Shown here piece by piece: positions 18,793 to 32,007 of a stretch of DNA of 64,000 nt. Position 1 is the first letter of the stretch. Each line of letters opens with the position of its first letter. Below the pieces are notes generated by a model, which saw nothing but the letters and a program-made list of their open reading frames with translations, was not told the DNA's origin and made no database searches. The stretch is from Dehalococcoidia bacterium (lineage in GTDB: Bacteria > Chloroflexota > Dehalococcoidia > Lucifugimonadales > VXLM01), in contig OY759598.1 of assembly GCA_963662435.1 (NCBI GenBank), forward strand, positions 3,008,507-3,072,506, read 5' to 3'. A program made the translations under genes and the position numbers.

Positions 18793-20516
18793 GAGGCTGT
18801 CTCATAGCTTCACGTGGCGTGCAGTGATTGAGTACACGCTGGGGATGTGATGGGGGATGACCGGTAGACTCTATAGAGTCTGCGAGTGGCGATTCGTGGT
18901 CGGGCCGTCGACAACGGTGCCAAGCGGTTGTGGGCGGCATCAGTGGCGCCGCGACCACAGCGTGGATGTAGTCGTGGCGAGCCGGTGTGAGGCGAGTTCG
19001 ACGGCGAGGCGGCACTCCACACCCTGTGAAGGCTCTTGAGGTTGAACGCCGCAGCCAGCAGACACCACTCGGAGAGGACGTTCTCGCGGCCTCGCAGCAG
19101 GAACCGCCTGGCGCTGTGATGCTCCTTGAGGAGGCCGAACACCGGCTCAACCAGCCCCTGACGCCGCTTATAACTCGCCCTGGCAGACTCGGTAGACATC
19201 ATCTCTCTGTGTCGTCTCAACTCAGGTTCGTATTCGCTGATTCTTATGGTTCGACCGTTGGTAGAGGTGGTGCATTCTCCAAAGGCAGGGCAGGTACGGC
19301 AGAGCGCACCCTCGGCCCTGTAGCGTCTGAGTCTGTAGCCGTTCGCGTGTCTGAACGTGTCCTTGAAGATGAGAGGTTGCTGATTCGGGCACAGGTATGT
19401 GTCGTTCTCAGGGTCGTACGTGAAGTGGTCCTTGTGGTACGGGGAGCGGCGTCTGCGGTTATGAGTGTCCGGCATGAGCACGCGGTGTCCGGAGGACGCG
19501 CAGTCGGCAAGGTTGGTCCCTGAGTGATATCCGGCGTCGGCGACGGTCACCGCATGGTCTGTCCCCGTATTCTCTGCAGACGCCTGGATCATCGGAACGA
19601 GCTGCGGGTGGTCGTCCGAGCCGGAGGTCACATCCGCAGCCGTGATGATCATGCCGGAGGCATCGCCGGACGTGATGGGCGCCACCATCGACTGGGCGTT
19701 GTAGCCGGCTATAACGCCACCTTCCTTGCTCTTGAGCAGCCCCGCGTCAGGGTCGGTAAGGTTCGCGTGGTTGGCTCCCTCCTCCTCCAGCACGAGGCCA
19801 AGGGCGTCGACCACTCGGTCGCGCAATGCCTCGGCGCTCGCAATCTCCGATGGTAGTTCGACTGGTGCAGGCTCCCCTCCGGTCGAGTTCTTTGCTTCCA
19901 GGTCCGCAATGGCTGCTTCCGTACGCTCCAAGAGCCGTCTGAGACCCTCCGCGTCGTAGGTGCGGTCACTGGACGCGTTACCGGCGATTCGTGTCCCGTC
20001 CACCGCCTGAAGCGCCAAGTCCACCAAGCCGGCCTTCACAGCCGTGCGCACCGTGCGACTCAGGAGAACCCTCATCCGCTCTCGGTGAGACCTGTAGAAC
20101 CTCCACAGCGTGTTGTGGTCCGGCCTCTGCCTCCCGGTCAGCCACATGAAGGCCACCTGTTCGCGGCAGGCCGTCTCCAGCTTGCGGCTGGAACGCACAC
20201 CCGTCATGAACCCATATATCCACACGCTCAGCAACGCGCGAGGGTGATAGGACGATGCTCCCATAGGATCGCCTCGCAGGTCGATCCCCAACTCCTTCCA
20301 CGTCTCCTCATCGAGAGAGTCCACAAAGGTCGCGGCGAATCGTGCGGGATGATTGGGGCCTACTAACTCTCCCAGATCAGGCGGCAGAAGCCACCCCTGT
20401 TCCCGATTGAAGTCCCGAAATGGCATGCCACTTCTCCTAAAGCAGGTGCAACAACACAAACTTACCCCTAGAACCTCTGTATTTTCAATAAGGCAACCTA
20501 CTTATGAGACAGCCTC
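18793..20516 (-). mobile_element. IS1182-family insertion sequence
   Basis: 14-bp inverted repeats GAGGCTGTCTCATA/TATGAGACAGCCTC. CGTCG is duplicated at 18788-18792 and 20517-20521. Confidence 0.9.
18810..20426 (-). CDS. IS1182 transposase
   Basis: SSRKLE, PDHNTL, AVDGTRI, TDPDA, GYNAQ, ADAGY, Cys cluster and VEPVFG motifs. Confidence 0.93.
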   Translation of the reverse strand: MPFRDFNREQGWLLPPDLGELVGPNHPARFAATFVDSLDEETWKELGIDLRGDPMGASSYHPRALLSVWIYGFMTGVRSSRKLETACREQVAFMWLTGRQRPDHNTLWRFYRSHRERMRVLLSRTVRTAVKAGLVDLALQAVDGTRIAGNASSDRTYDAEGLRRLLERTEAAIADLEAKNSTGGEPAPVELPSEIASAEALRDRVVDALGLVLEEEGANHANLTDPDAGLLKSKEGGVIAGYNAQSMVAPITSGDASGMIITAADVTSGSDDHPQLVPMIQASAENTGTDHAVTVADAGYHSGTNLADCASSGHRVLMPDTHNRRRRSPYHKDHFTYDPENDTYLCPNQQPLIFKDTFRHANGYRLRRYRAEGALCRTCPAFGECTTSTNGRTIRISEYEPELRRHREMMSTESARASYKRRQGLVEPVFGLLKEHHSARRFLLRGRENVLSEWCLLAAAFNLKSLHRVWSAASPSNSPHTGSPRLHPRCGRGATDAAHNRLAPLSTARPRIATRRLYRVYRSSPITSPACTQSLHAT

Positions 20517-20745
20517 CGTCGTGGGAGAGGGCTAGGGTGAGGGTGAATCGTTCATGTGGAACCGGTACCATCCGTCATTCCCGCGTACGCGGGAATCCAT
20601 CTTTCGAGTGCCGCCGTATACAGAGTGCCCGCCGTTAACTACCAGCCACGTGCATTGCTCGTCGTGCTAACTTCGAGGCTGAATGAGAGGTTCCTTCGTA
20701 GGCCGGAATCCGGAGAGGTCTGAAAACAGGCACGAACCCACGCCG

Positions 20746-20874
20746 GCCATCCCGGTCACCCTGAGCCTGTCGAAGGGCGACCTCCCACCTGCATCGATGC
20801 CTGAAACACTCTCAGCCATCCCGATCACCCTGAGCCTGTCGAAGGGCGGCCTCCCACCTGCATCGATGCCTGAA
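20746..20874. repeat. Tandem duplication (69-bp period) containing CACCCTGAGCCTGTCGAAGGG
   Basis: Near-identical copies start at 20746 and 20815. Confidence 0.85.
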
Positions 20875-20880
20875 TCGACC

Positions 20881-21255
20881 CTACGACCGGATCTTCCTGA
20901 ACGAATTCTTGACCCTGATCTTGTCACCCACGAAGTGGAACAGGTCGCAGCCGTTGACCTCCACCTGGGCGCCGTCGGCACCCGTCGCGCGGAACGTCCA
21001 CTGCGTAACGCCGCGGTCGCCCGCGATGAAGTGGCTCGGCTCGGCCCACTGCCCGTCGGGGAACATATCCAGCACCCGCTTGTAGCCCTCGCGAACGTTG
21101 TCATAGCCCTCGAATCGCGCGCCCCACGCCTCCGGCCCGGCAGAGAGCTCGAACACGCAGTCCTGCGTCATAAAGGACATCAGCTTGTCGAGGTCGTGCT
21201 CGTTCCACCCGTTCGCGAAGTCGTCCAGTATCTCAATCGTCATCTCTCCGGCCAT
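20881..21255 (-). CDS. SnoaL/NTF2-like family protein
   Basis: FANGWNEHDLDKLMSFM...GDRGVTQWTF...VNGCDLF...KNSFRK. Confidence 0.85.
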   Translation of the reverse strand: MAGEMTIEILDDFANGWNEHDLDKLMSFMTQDCVFELSAGPEAWGARFEGYDNVREGYKRVLDMFPDGQWAEPSHFIAGDRGVTQWTFRATGADGAQVEVNGCDLFHFVGDKIRVKNSFRKIRS

Positions 21256-21454
21256 CGTCACCCCTCCGGTATCATTGGTCAGGTTGTGCTTGGGGGATTC
21301 TACCATAGGGGGGAGATGCAGATTGCCAAGACGCACAGACTCCGAACAATTGTCCCAAAATCATGGCTCAAACGGTTCCGTAAGCCCTCCGCAGGTGCTA
21401 GAATTGAGTCTCGACGAAACCCCACATTGGTCTCAGGGGTGAGCGGGAAAGAAA

Positions 21455-21772
21455 GTGGCTTCGGAAGCGCTAGTTTCAACCATGGTCGACCGCATCGTCG
21501 GACGCTTTCGCCCCTTGCGCGTAGTCCTCTTCGGTTCGCAGGCACGGGGCACAGCTACTGAGTGGAGCGACGTTGACCAGCTTATCTTGCTACCGGACGT
21601 TTCCAATAAGCGACGAGCCGCCATAGAGATCAGACGGTCGCTGGGAGACTTGCCCGCAAGTAAGGACATCGTGGTAGCTACACCCGAGGAAGTCGAAGAG
21701 AGGGGCAACATCGTGGGAAGCGTGCTCTACGCCGCTCTGCGTGAGGGAAGGGGCGTCTATGAACTGCGCTGA
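21455..21772 (+). CDS. Minimal nucleotidyltransferase (MNT) domain protein
   Basis: LFGSQARG...SDVD motif, a downstream DIVV motif, and 105 aa length. Confidence 0.88.
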   Translation: MASEALVSTMVDRIVGRFRPLRVVLFGSQARGTATEWSDVDQLILLPDVSNKRRAAIEIRRSLGDLPASKDIVVATPEEVEERGNIVGSVLYAALREGRGVYELR

Positions 21773-21803
21773 CTTTTCATAACAGGTGACTGAGAGTCAT
21801 CCT

Positions 21804-22688
21804 ATGTCAACCACCAACCAAGAGCGAGTAGGGAGAGCCATAGACCTGCTGAGGGCTGGCCTTGCGCCCTATGCCTCACGAGAGTTCATCAATCACCACA
21901 GGGGCCAGTCTGTTCAGGTGTTGGAACAGATACTGAGAAGGCCCATTCGAGACAGGAAGATTCCTTTTCAAGAGTTGGATACGGCGGCGCTGCTCAAGGT
22001 TATATGGGAGTCCTGGAACGAAGTCTACCGTAACACTCTTGGGCGTACTGAGCGAACCCTTGTCAGCGAGTTGCAAGTTGTCCGTAACCGCTGGGCACAC
22101 CAGGAACCGTTTTCGTGGGACGATGCTTACCGCGCCCTCGACTCGGCCCACCGACTCTTGGATGCGGTATCATCACCCGGGGCTGAGGAAATCGGGAAGA
22201 TGAAGAAAGAACTGTTGGGAGAACTCGCGGATGGCCCTGAACTATGCGGACTTCGGAAGCCAGGGCCTGAAGAGGTTCCCTCGGACGACGGAGATCTGGT
22301 GGTTGTAGTTCCGACTCGCAAAGAGTCGTTCTACCATCTCTTCCTCGGGCAAGGCGATGAGCACTGCTGGCACGAAATCCGCATCTCTTCCGAGAAGCAA
22401 GCAAAGATCAAGCACATCGCCGCTTATCAAGCCGCCCCTGTTTCCGCAATCACGCACTACGCGCCGGTAGGCCGAATAGAGCCATATTCTGGTATGAGCG
22501 CTAGGAGACTGATAGACGGGACAGAGAAAATGATTAACGGCGAAAAGTACAAGCTCGTATTCTCCGAACCGGCCCAGGAAATTGGGCCCATCCCAAAAGG
22601 CCGTGTGGCACCTCCGCAAGGTCCGTTCTATACGACGCTGGGTGAACTCGAGAAAGCAGAGACCCTAGCGGATCTGCGCGGTAAATAA
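21804..22688 (+). CDS. Swt1-like HEPN domain fused to an uncharacterised C-terminal domain
   Basis: N-terminus [19 protein letters not shown]...[21 protein letters not shown] carries an RNxxxH HEPN motif. A distinct C-terminal domain follows (CWHEIRIS...[16 protein letters not shown]...QGPFYTT). Confidence 0.8.
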   Translation: MSTTNQERVGRAIDLLRAGLAPYASREFINHHRGQSVQVLEQILRRPIRDRKIPFQELDTAALLKVIWESWNEVYRNTLGRTERTLVSELQVVRNRWAHQEPFSWDDAYRALDSAHRLLDAVSSPGAEEIGKMKKELLGELADGPELCGLRKPGPEEVPSDDGDLVVVVPTRKESFYHLFLGQGDEHCWHEIRISSEKQAKIKHIAAYQAAPVSAITHYAPVGRIEPYSGMSARRLIDGTEKMINGEKYKLVFSEPAQEIGPIPKGRVAPPQGPFYTTLGELEKAETLADLRGK

Positions 22689-22694
22689 AAGAAA

Positions 22695-25838
<3,144 letters not shown>

Positions 25839-26001
25839 GGCACCCCAATTCTGTCCTTCTACACATCCGTCATACCGGAGAAGGCTGGAATCCAGAGGGG
25901 AGTAGGCGTAGGGTCAATGGTGCTGTTGCCAGTATTCTGAATCGTCCCATATGGTATGGTCTGCAAGGCTCATCAAAGCGCAGGCGAGAGAGAGTTGCAC
26001 T

Positions 26002-26226
26002 ATGACAACTTGCCCATTCTGCAAAGCCCCCGTCGAACACCGCCGCGTCGAGCACCTTCACCGTTGGGACGGAGAACTATATATCTTGCGCAACGTCCCC
26101 GCAGAGGTCTGCACCCAATGCGGCGAGGTGTTCTTTGGGCCGGGCGCCCTGAAGTCCATGGATGATGTCGTCACGAAGAACTCCCAGCCTGAGGGCCATC
26201 GATCGGTACCCGTCTTCTCCCTCTAG
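26002..26226 (+). CDS. YgiT-type zinc finger protein (MqsA-like N-terminal domain)
   Basis: CPFC...NVPAEVCTQCGEVFF. Confidence 0.85.
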   Translation: MTTCPFCKAPVEHRRVEHLHRWDGELYILRNVPAEVCTQCGEVFFGPGALKSMDDVVTKNSQPEGHRSVPVFSL

Positions 26227-26376
26227 GACCCCTTCTTCACTCTCTCCCCTCCTGTTAGCTTCGAGAGCTGGCTGCACACGCAATAGCGCCACGAAATAAC
26301 CCCACCAATCCTTACGCCCTCTCCACGCGCGGAGTATCATTAGATACGGCAATCGGCGAGGGAGGCACCACAGCCC

Positions 26377-27481
26377 ATGCAGGATCTCAGAGGCACACTG
26401 TCCGCACTTCGGGAAAAGATATCCCAGATCATGGTGCGTCTTTGACCTTGCCGACAAGGAAAAGCGCATCGAGGTGCTCGAGCGCGAGACCGTAGCCGAG
26501 TCGTTCTGGCAGGACTCCCAGCGGGCGCAGGACAAGATGAAGGAGCTGGCGGCCCTCAGGGGAGAGGTCGACCAGTGGCGCTCCCTCGATAGCAGAGTCG
26601 GGTCCGCCTTGGAACTTGTCGACCTGTCTATCGAGGAAAACGACGACTCGATCCTCGATACCCTGAACGATGAGCTCGCCGATCTAACCAAGAGCGTTGC
26701 CGACCTGGAGTTCACATTAGCCCTGTCGGGCCCGCACGACCGGCGCGACGCGATCCTCGCCATCCATGCCGGTGCGGGCGGCGTCGACTCCCAGGACTGG
26801 GCGGAGATGCTCATGCGCATGTACCTCCGTTGGGCGGAACTTAGAGGCTTCCGTCGAGAGGTCGTCGAGATGTCCCCTGGCGATACGGCCGGTATCAAGA
26901 GCGTCACGATTCAGATGGAGGGTGACTACGCCTACGGTTACCTCAAGGCCGAGAAGGGCGTCCACCGGCTCGTGCGTCTCTCACCCTACGACTCCGACCA
27001 CGCCCGACATACCTCGTTCGCCCTGGCAGAGGTCCTGCCCCAGGTCGAGGAGGGCGTCGACATCGAGATAGACCCCGCCGACCTGAAGATCGAGGTCTTC
27101 AAGGCCGGTGGCGCGGGCGGACAGAGCGTGCAGAAGAACTCCACTGCCATCAGGATCACCCACGTCCCGACCGGCATCAAGGCGAGCTGCCAGAACGAGC
27201 GCTCTCTCTACCAAAACCGTACAATTGCCATGAACATCCTCGCCGCTCGACTCCTGGAACGAGAGATGGCCGAACGCGCCAAGGAGATGGACAAGATACG
27301 AGGCGAACACGTATCGGCCGAGTGGGGCAACCAGATCAGGAGCTACGTGCTCCATCCGTATAAGATGGTCAAAGACCACAGGACAGGGTTCGAAACGTCT
27401 GACACCGAGGGAGTTCTCGACGGAGAACTGGATGCGTTCATAGACGCCTTCCTGTCGACCACCCTGGGGAAAGGCCAGTGA
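26377..27481 (+). CDS. prfB: Peptide chain release factor 2, programmed +1 frameshift at 26440-26446
   Basis: ATG 26377 (GGAGG upstream) reads MQDLRGTLSALREKISQIMVRL to CTT TGA C. The +1 frame continues into an ORF with SPY (SPF-like), GGQ and WGNQIRSYV motifs. Confidence 0.96.
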
Positions 27482-27607
27482 GTAATGGCTCCCTCATACG
27501 CTATACTCACCACGCAATACTCTACACGTAAGAGAATCCCAACCGTTTTCGCCGCCATTCCGTTATAAAGTTTGTGCCAGCACAAAAACACCAACGAGGT
27601 GCGTTCG

Positions 27608-29347
27608 ATGAAGAAGCTAATTCCACTAATCTTCCTTCTGATTGCGACTATGGCGTTTGTCGCATGCGGAGGCGGTTCCGACGACGAACCTGATACAACG
27701 GATCAGGCACCCTCAGCGACTGAGAGCGAGGCCGCTCCCGACTCCTCCGCCATGGACTCGGAGGAAACATCCGACGGTGACAGCCCCGGAGACGATGACT
27801 CCGCCAAGGTCGTCATCGACACGGAGGAGTTGCCGGAGCCCGGCGGCGGGGTATTCCGCAGACTCTGGGCCGATCCTCCTACCCTCGATCCCCACCTGAC
27901 GGGTGACACCACCTCCGCCGGTGTCGTGGTCGAGATCTTCAGCGGTCTGGTTACCATCAATACGGACCTGCAGCTCGTGCCTGATATTGCGCAGGAGTGG
28001 CAAGTCGACGATACCGGCACCGTCTACACCTTCACGCTCCGCGACAACGCGACCTTCCACAACGGCGAGAAGGTGACCGCCGATGACTTCAAGTGGTCCA
28101 TTGAGCGGGCTGCCTCGCCGGAACTCGCCTCGCACTTGGCGGACACGTATCTCAACGACATCATCGGCGCCAAAGACTACATCGAAGGCAACGCCGACTC
28201 GATCGAGGGCATCCAGGTTATCGATGAGCAGACGCTCCAGATCACCATCGACGCTCCCAAGGCATACTTCCTCGCCAAGCTCAGCTACCCGACCGCGTTC
28301 GTCCTGCACCAGGAGACCGTCGAGAGCGGCGGCCGGAACTGGTGGGTCGACAACGCCGTGGGCACGGGCCCGTTCATACTCGATGAGTACAGGATCGGCG
28401 AACGGATAGTTCTGAAGCGGTTTGACAACTACTATCGCTCCCCGCGCCCGGACGTAGACGCAATCAATATGAACCTCGCCGGTGGCCAGGCAATGGCCAT
28501 GTACGAGAACGACGAGATTGACGTCACCGGCGTCGGCCTCTTCGATCTTGAACGCGTTCTCAACCCCGATGAGCCGCTGAACAAGGAGCTCGTAGTCGCC
28601 CCGCCGGGCTTCTCGGTCTCCTACATCGGCATGAATGCCTCTGAGCCTCCCTTCGACGACGCGAACTTCCGCAGGGCACTCAACCACGCCGTCGATAAGG
28701 AACTGATTGCCGACGAGGTTCTGGCAGAGCTTGTGAAGCCCGCATACTCCATCCTCCCGCCCGGATTCCCCGGCTACACTACCGACATCCAGGGCCTGCA
28801 TTTCGACCCCGACCTCGCGAGGGACTATCTCGCGCAGTCCAAGTACGCCGACCCGGAGACAAGGCCTCGCATCGTCGTTACCGTGCCCGGCACGGGCGGC
28901 ACCATCGGCCTCGACCTTGAGGTCATCATCGAGATGTGGAAGCAGGAGCTCGGCGTAGAGGTCGAGATCCAGCAGGTTGAGTGGGCCACCTACCTCGAGG
29001 ACCTCGACGACAAGAAGTTCCAGGCCTACGCCGGACTCGGCTGGTCCGCCGACTACCCCGACCCGCAGGACTTCCTCGACATCCTCTTCCACACCGAAAG
29101 CGGGATGAACCACGGCAGCTACTCCAACACGGAGGTCGACCAGATCCTCGAAAAGGCCCGCACCATTCAGGACGTGGGCGAACGGGTCGCCCTCTACAAC
29201 CAGGCCGAGCAGATGATCGTCGACGACGCGGCATGGGTGCCCACGTGGTTCACGGGCGAGCAGTACGCCCTCGTCAAGCCATACCTGAAGGGCTATCGCC
29301 TCACTCCCATGGTCGTCCCGAAGCTCCAGGAAATCAAAATCGAGTGA
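27608..29347 (+). CDS. Peptide ABC transporter substrate-binding lipoprotein (SBP family 5)
   Basis: Lipobox FVAC, TLDP, YTFTLR...FHNG, GTGPF and WSADYPDP motifs. No permease genes adjacent. Confidence 0.92.
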   Translation: MKKLIPLIFLLIATMAFVACGGGSDDEPDTTDQAPSATESEAAPDSSAMDSEETSDGDSPGDDDSAKVVIDTEELPEPGGGVFRRLWADPPTLDPHLTGDTTSAGVVVEIFSGLVTINTDLQLVPDIAQEWQVDDTGTVYTFTLRDNATFHNGEKVTADDFKWSIERAASPELASHLADTYLNDIIGAKDYIEGNADSIEGIQVIDEQTLQITIDAPKAYFLAKLSYPTAFVLHQETVESGGRNWWVDNAVGTGPFILDEYRIGERIVLKRFDNYYRSPRPDVDAINMNLAGGQAMAMYENDEIDVTGVGLFDLERVLNPDEPLNKELVVAPPGFSVSYIGMNASEPPFDDANFRRALNHAVDKELIADEVLAELVKPAYSILPPGFPGYTTDIQGLHFDPDLARDYLAQSKYADPETRPRIVVTVPGTGGTIGLDLEVIIEMWKQELGVEVEIQQVEWATYLEDLDDKKFQAYAGLGWSADYPDPQDFLDILFHTESGMNHGSYSNTEVDQILEKARTIQDVGERVALYNQAEQMIVDDAAWVPTWFTGEQYALVKPYLKGYRLTPMVVPKLQEIKIE

Positions 29348-29388
29348 CGCAACATAGAGACTCCCCATAAGGAGTACTTCTGAAGACC

Positions 29389-29428
29389 AAAGGAGCGATG
29401 GTCCCCCGACCATCGCTCCTTTCTCTTT
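29389..29428 (+). terminator. Intrinsic terminator
   Basis: 15-bp perfect stem AAAGGAGCGATGGTC/GACCATCGCTCCTTT followed by CTCTTT. Confidence 0.85.
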
Positions 29429-29517
29429 CCTGGCAACGTCCTCAACCACCAAAACTCACATGCCATTGGTACGAAAATAACCCCAGCCCTGCCTCCCGTA
29501 GGGGCAACCCTTGTGGT

Positions 29518-29738
29518 TATCTGCTCCAACTAATTCGACGAAATGGGGGTTTTCGTAGCCAATTTGCCCATGTTCGACCACTATGGCCGCCCTCGAAAGG
29601 CACCAATGCACACATAGACCGGGCCACCTGGCAGAACGATTGTATTTGAGCGACTCGAATCAGGACGAAAACGACACACCTCGATCTGGCTCTCGGACGC
29701 TTTTCCATAGCTAAAATGGCAATTAGTTGGAACAATTG
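29518..29738. mobile_element. 221-bp MITE, copy 1
   Basis: Imperfect 18-bp terminal inverted repeats (TATCTGCTCCAACTAATT / AATTAGTTGGAACAATTG). 10-bp target duplication CCCTTGTGGT at 29508-29517 and 29739-29748. Confidence 0.92.
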
Positions 29739-29867
29739 CCCTTGTGGTTGCCCTCCCTCGGTTCAGTCCAACTTTCATCCCTCGGTGTGCAGGCCACAGG
29801 GCTGCATGAGGGATTCCTCAGAAAATAACCCCCGTCCAACCTCCCGTAGGGGCGATTCGCGAATCGC

Positions 29868-30088
29868 TATCTGCTCCAACTAATTCGACGAAATGGGGGT
29901 TTTCGTAGCCAATTTGCCCATGTTCGACCACTATGGCCGCCCTCGAAAGGCACCAATGCACACATAGACCGGGCCACCTGGCAGAACGATTGTATTTGAG
30001 CGACTCGAATCAGGACGAAAACGACACACCTCGATCTGGCTCTCGGACGCTTTTCCATAGCTAAAATGGCAATTAGTTGGAACAATTG
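29868..30088. mobile_element. 221-bp MITE, copy 2 (identical to copy 1)
   Basis: 12-bp target duplication TTCGCGAATCGC at 29856-29867 and 30089-30100. Confidence 0.92.
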
Positions 30089-30247
30089 TTCGCGAATCGC
30101 CCTTCCCTACCAACACCAACCCTCAAGCCGTCATTCCCGCGAAAGCGGGAATCCAGACTCCCCCTTGCGCCCGACCGGCGAGGTCCCGTTCACCCTGAGC
30201 CTGTCGAAGGGTGTCCCCTGCGGCGATACCCCCACGTCCAACCTCCC

Positions 30248-30271
30248 GTAGAGGCGATTCGCGAATCGCCC
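30248..30271. repeat. GTAG-type REP-like palindrome (uninterrupted copy)
   Basis: GTAG-AGGCGATTCGCGAATCGCCC. Related copies at 6879, 29498 and 29846. Confidence 0.8.
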
Positions 30272-32007
30272 TTCCCTGCCAACACCAACCCTCAAGCCGG
30301 AGTAGGACTAGAGCGAGTCCCTACGCCCCACAGATGATACGATGAGCTGCGGCCAACCCACTCATCCGCAACGATTAGGGAGCGAGAATGGGCCTCCGAA
30401 GTACGAGAATCGCAATCGTGCCTGCAGTAGTAATAGCGACGCTTGTCCTGCTGGCAGCCACCCTCGTCACGGTCCGCTCAACCTCCGCCCAGAGTACCAC
30501 CACTCCCACCTGCTCCACCGGCATCGCCGTCCCCGACGCCGACAACAACCCCGGGCTCGTCTCCGACTGCGAGGCACTCCTCGCCTCCCGCGACACCCTG
30601 ACAGGCGAAGCGACGCTAAACTGGTCGGTGGATGTTCCCTTTGCCGATTGGGACGGCATTACCTTGGGCGGGACGCCCCAGCGGGTCACGGAGTTGTCAC
30701 TTGAGGATAAAGGGTTGAATGGCGAGATCCCTCCCGCACTGGACGGCCTTGCCGAACTGGAAGTGATCAACCTTCGAGACAACCGGCTGACGGGTGAGAT
30801 TCCTCCGGAGTTAGGCGCCCTTTCGAATCTGGCAGTGCTGGACCTTTCCTCGACCCTGCTGGATCGAAACCACCTGACCGGCACGATTCCTCCGGAACTC
30901 GGCAACCTCGCCAGCCTGAACACCTTGAGCCTTAGCCGCAACGGGTTGACGGGTGAAATACCTGAATCTCTAGGTGATCTAGTCAACCTTCGGGCACTTA
31001 TCCTGAATGATAACGAGCTCGTCGGGCAGATTCCTTCAACTTTAGGAGACTTGGTTGAGCTCCAAAGACTGACACTCAGTTACAACCAACTCACGGGGGA
31101 AATACCGGCGTCTCTGGGGAACTTAGAGGAACTTCTGTTTCTGCATCTCAGTGGCAATCAACTGACCGGGGAAGTTCCGGGCTGGATAAACAGGCTCGGC
31201 AACCTCATTGAATTAGGTCTCGGCGACAATCAGTTGACAGGTGAGATACCTACTGAGCTGGGCGAACTCTCCAACTTGCGGTGGTTGCTCCTTTATGGCA
31301 ATCAGCTGAGTGGAGAATTACCGGCAGAACTGGGCAATCTCACCGAACTGCGAGTGCTGAACCTCGGTTTCAACGAGTTCACGGGTGAACTGCCCGACTG
31401 GCTGGGCGACCTTCATAAACTGTCATCCTTGATTATTAGAGGCACGCAATTGACCGGTGAGATACCTGCCTCTCTCGGTGGGCTGTCTATGCTCAAGGCG
31501 TTGTATCTGGGCGACAACCAGCTTACCGGAGAGATACCGGCTTCGTTGAGCAACCTCTCTAACCTGGGATGGTTGTTCCTCTCCGGGAATCAGTTGACCG
31601 GCTGCGTACCAGCCGGACTGAGCGATGTTCCCACCAACGACTTCGATGATCTCAATCTCCCCTTCTGCGACTGCTCCACCGGCATCGCCGTCCCCGACCC
31701 AACCAACAACCCCGGCCTCGTCTCCGACTGCGAGGCCCTTCTCGCCTCCCGCGACACACTCGCTGGCACCGCCACCCTCAACTGGTCGGCGGATCTCCCA
31801 ATCTCGCAGTGGGACGGAATCAACGCCGCCGGGATGCCCCAGCGCGTGACGGCGCTGTCCATTGCTCACACGGCCTTGACCGGGACGATACCGTCGGAAC
31901 TGGGCAGCCTCACTAACTTGCATGCGCTGATCCTCTATGGGAACAAGCTAAGTGGGGAGATCCCGGTCGAGTTGGCCGACCTGGCTAACCTGCATTTGCT
32001 AGAACTA

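Noticed and set aside
21344..21355. GAAC-AATT-GTCC as an SOS box for the MNT-HEPN-uvrA unit
   Set aside because: One mismatch and ~45 bp upstream of the likely -10 (TAGAAT). Too weak to call without the genome's LexA matrix.
27713..29452. Long antisense or alternate-frame ORFs (e.g. 579 aa here, also 23022-24287 and 46984-47946)
   Set aside because: Shadow ORFs typical of high-GC coding DNA, overlapping well-supported genes.
29518..30088. 221-bp direct repeats as a CRISPR array, prophage att sites or duplicated small genes (72-aa ORFs)
   Set aside because: Only two long copies, each with terminal inverted repeats and its own target duplication. The ORFs resemble nothing I recognise and depend on the flanks.
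30080..30091. Perfect GAAC-N4-GTTC LexA box
   Set aside because: Formed by the junction of the MITE end and its target duplication, ~300 bp from the next gene with no clear overlapping promoter. Probably coincidental.
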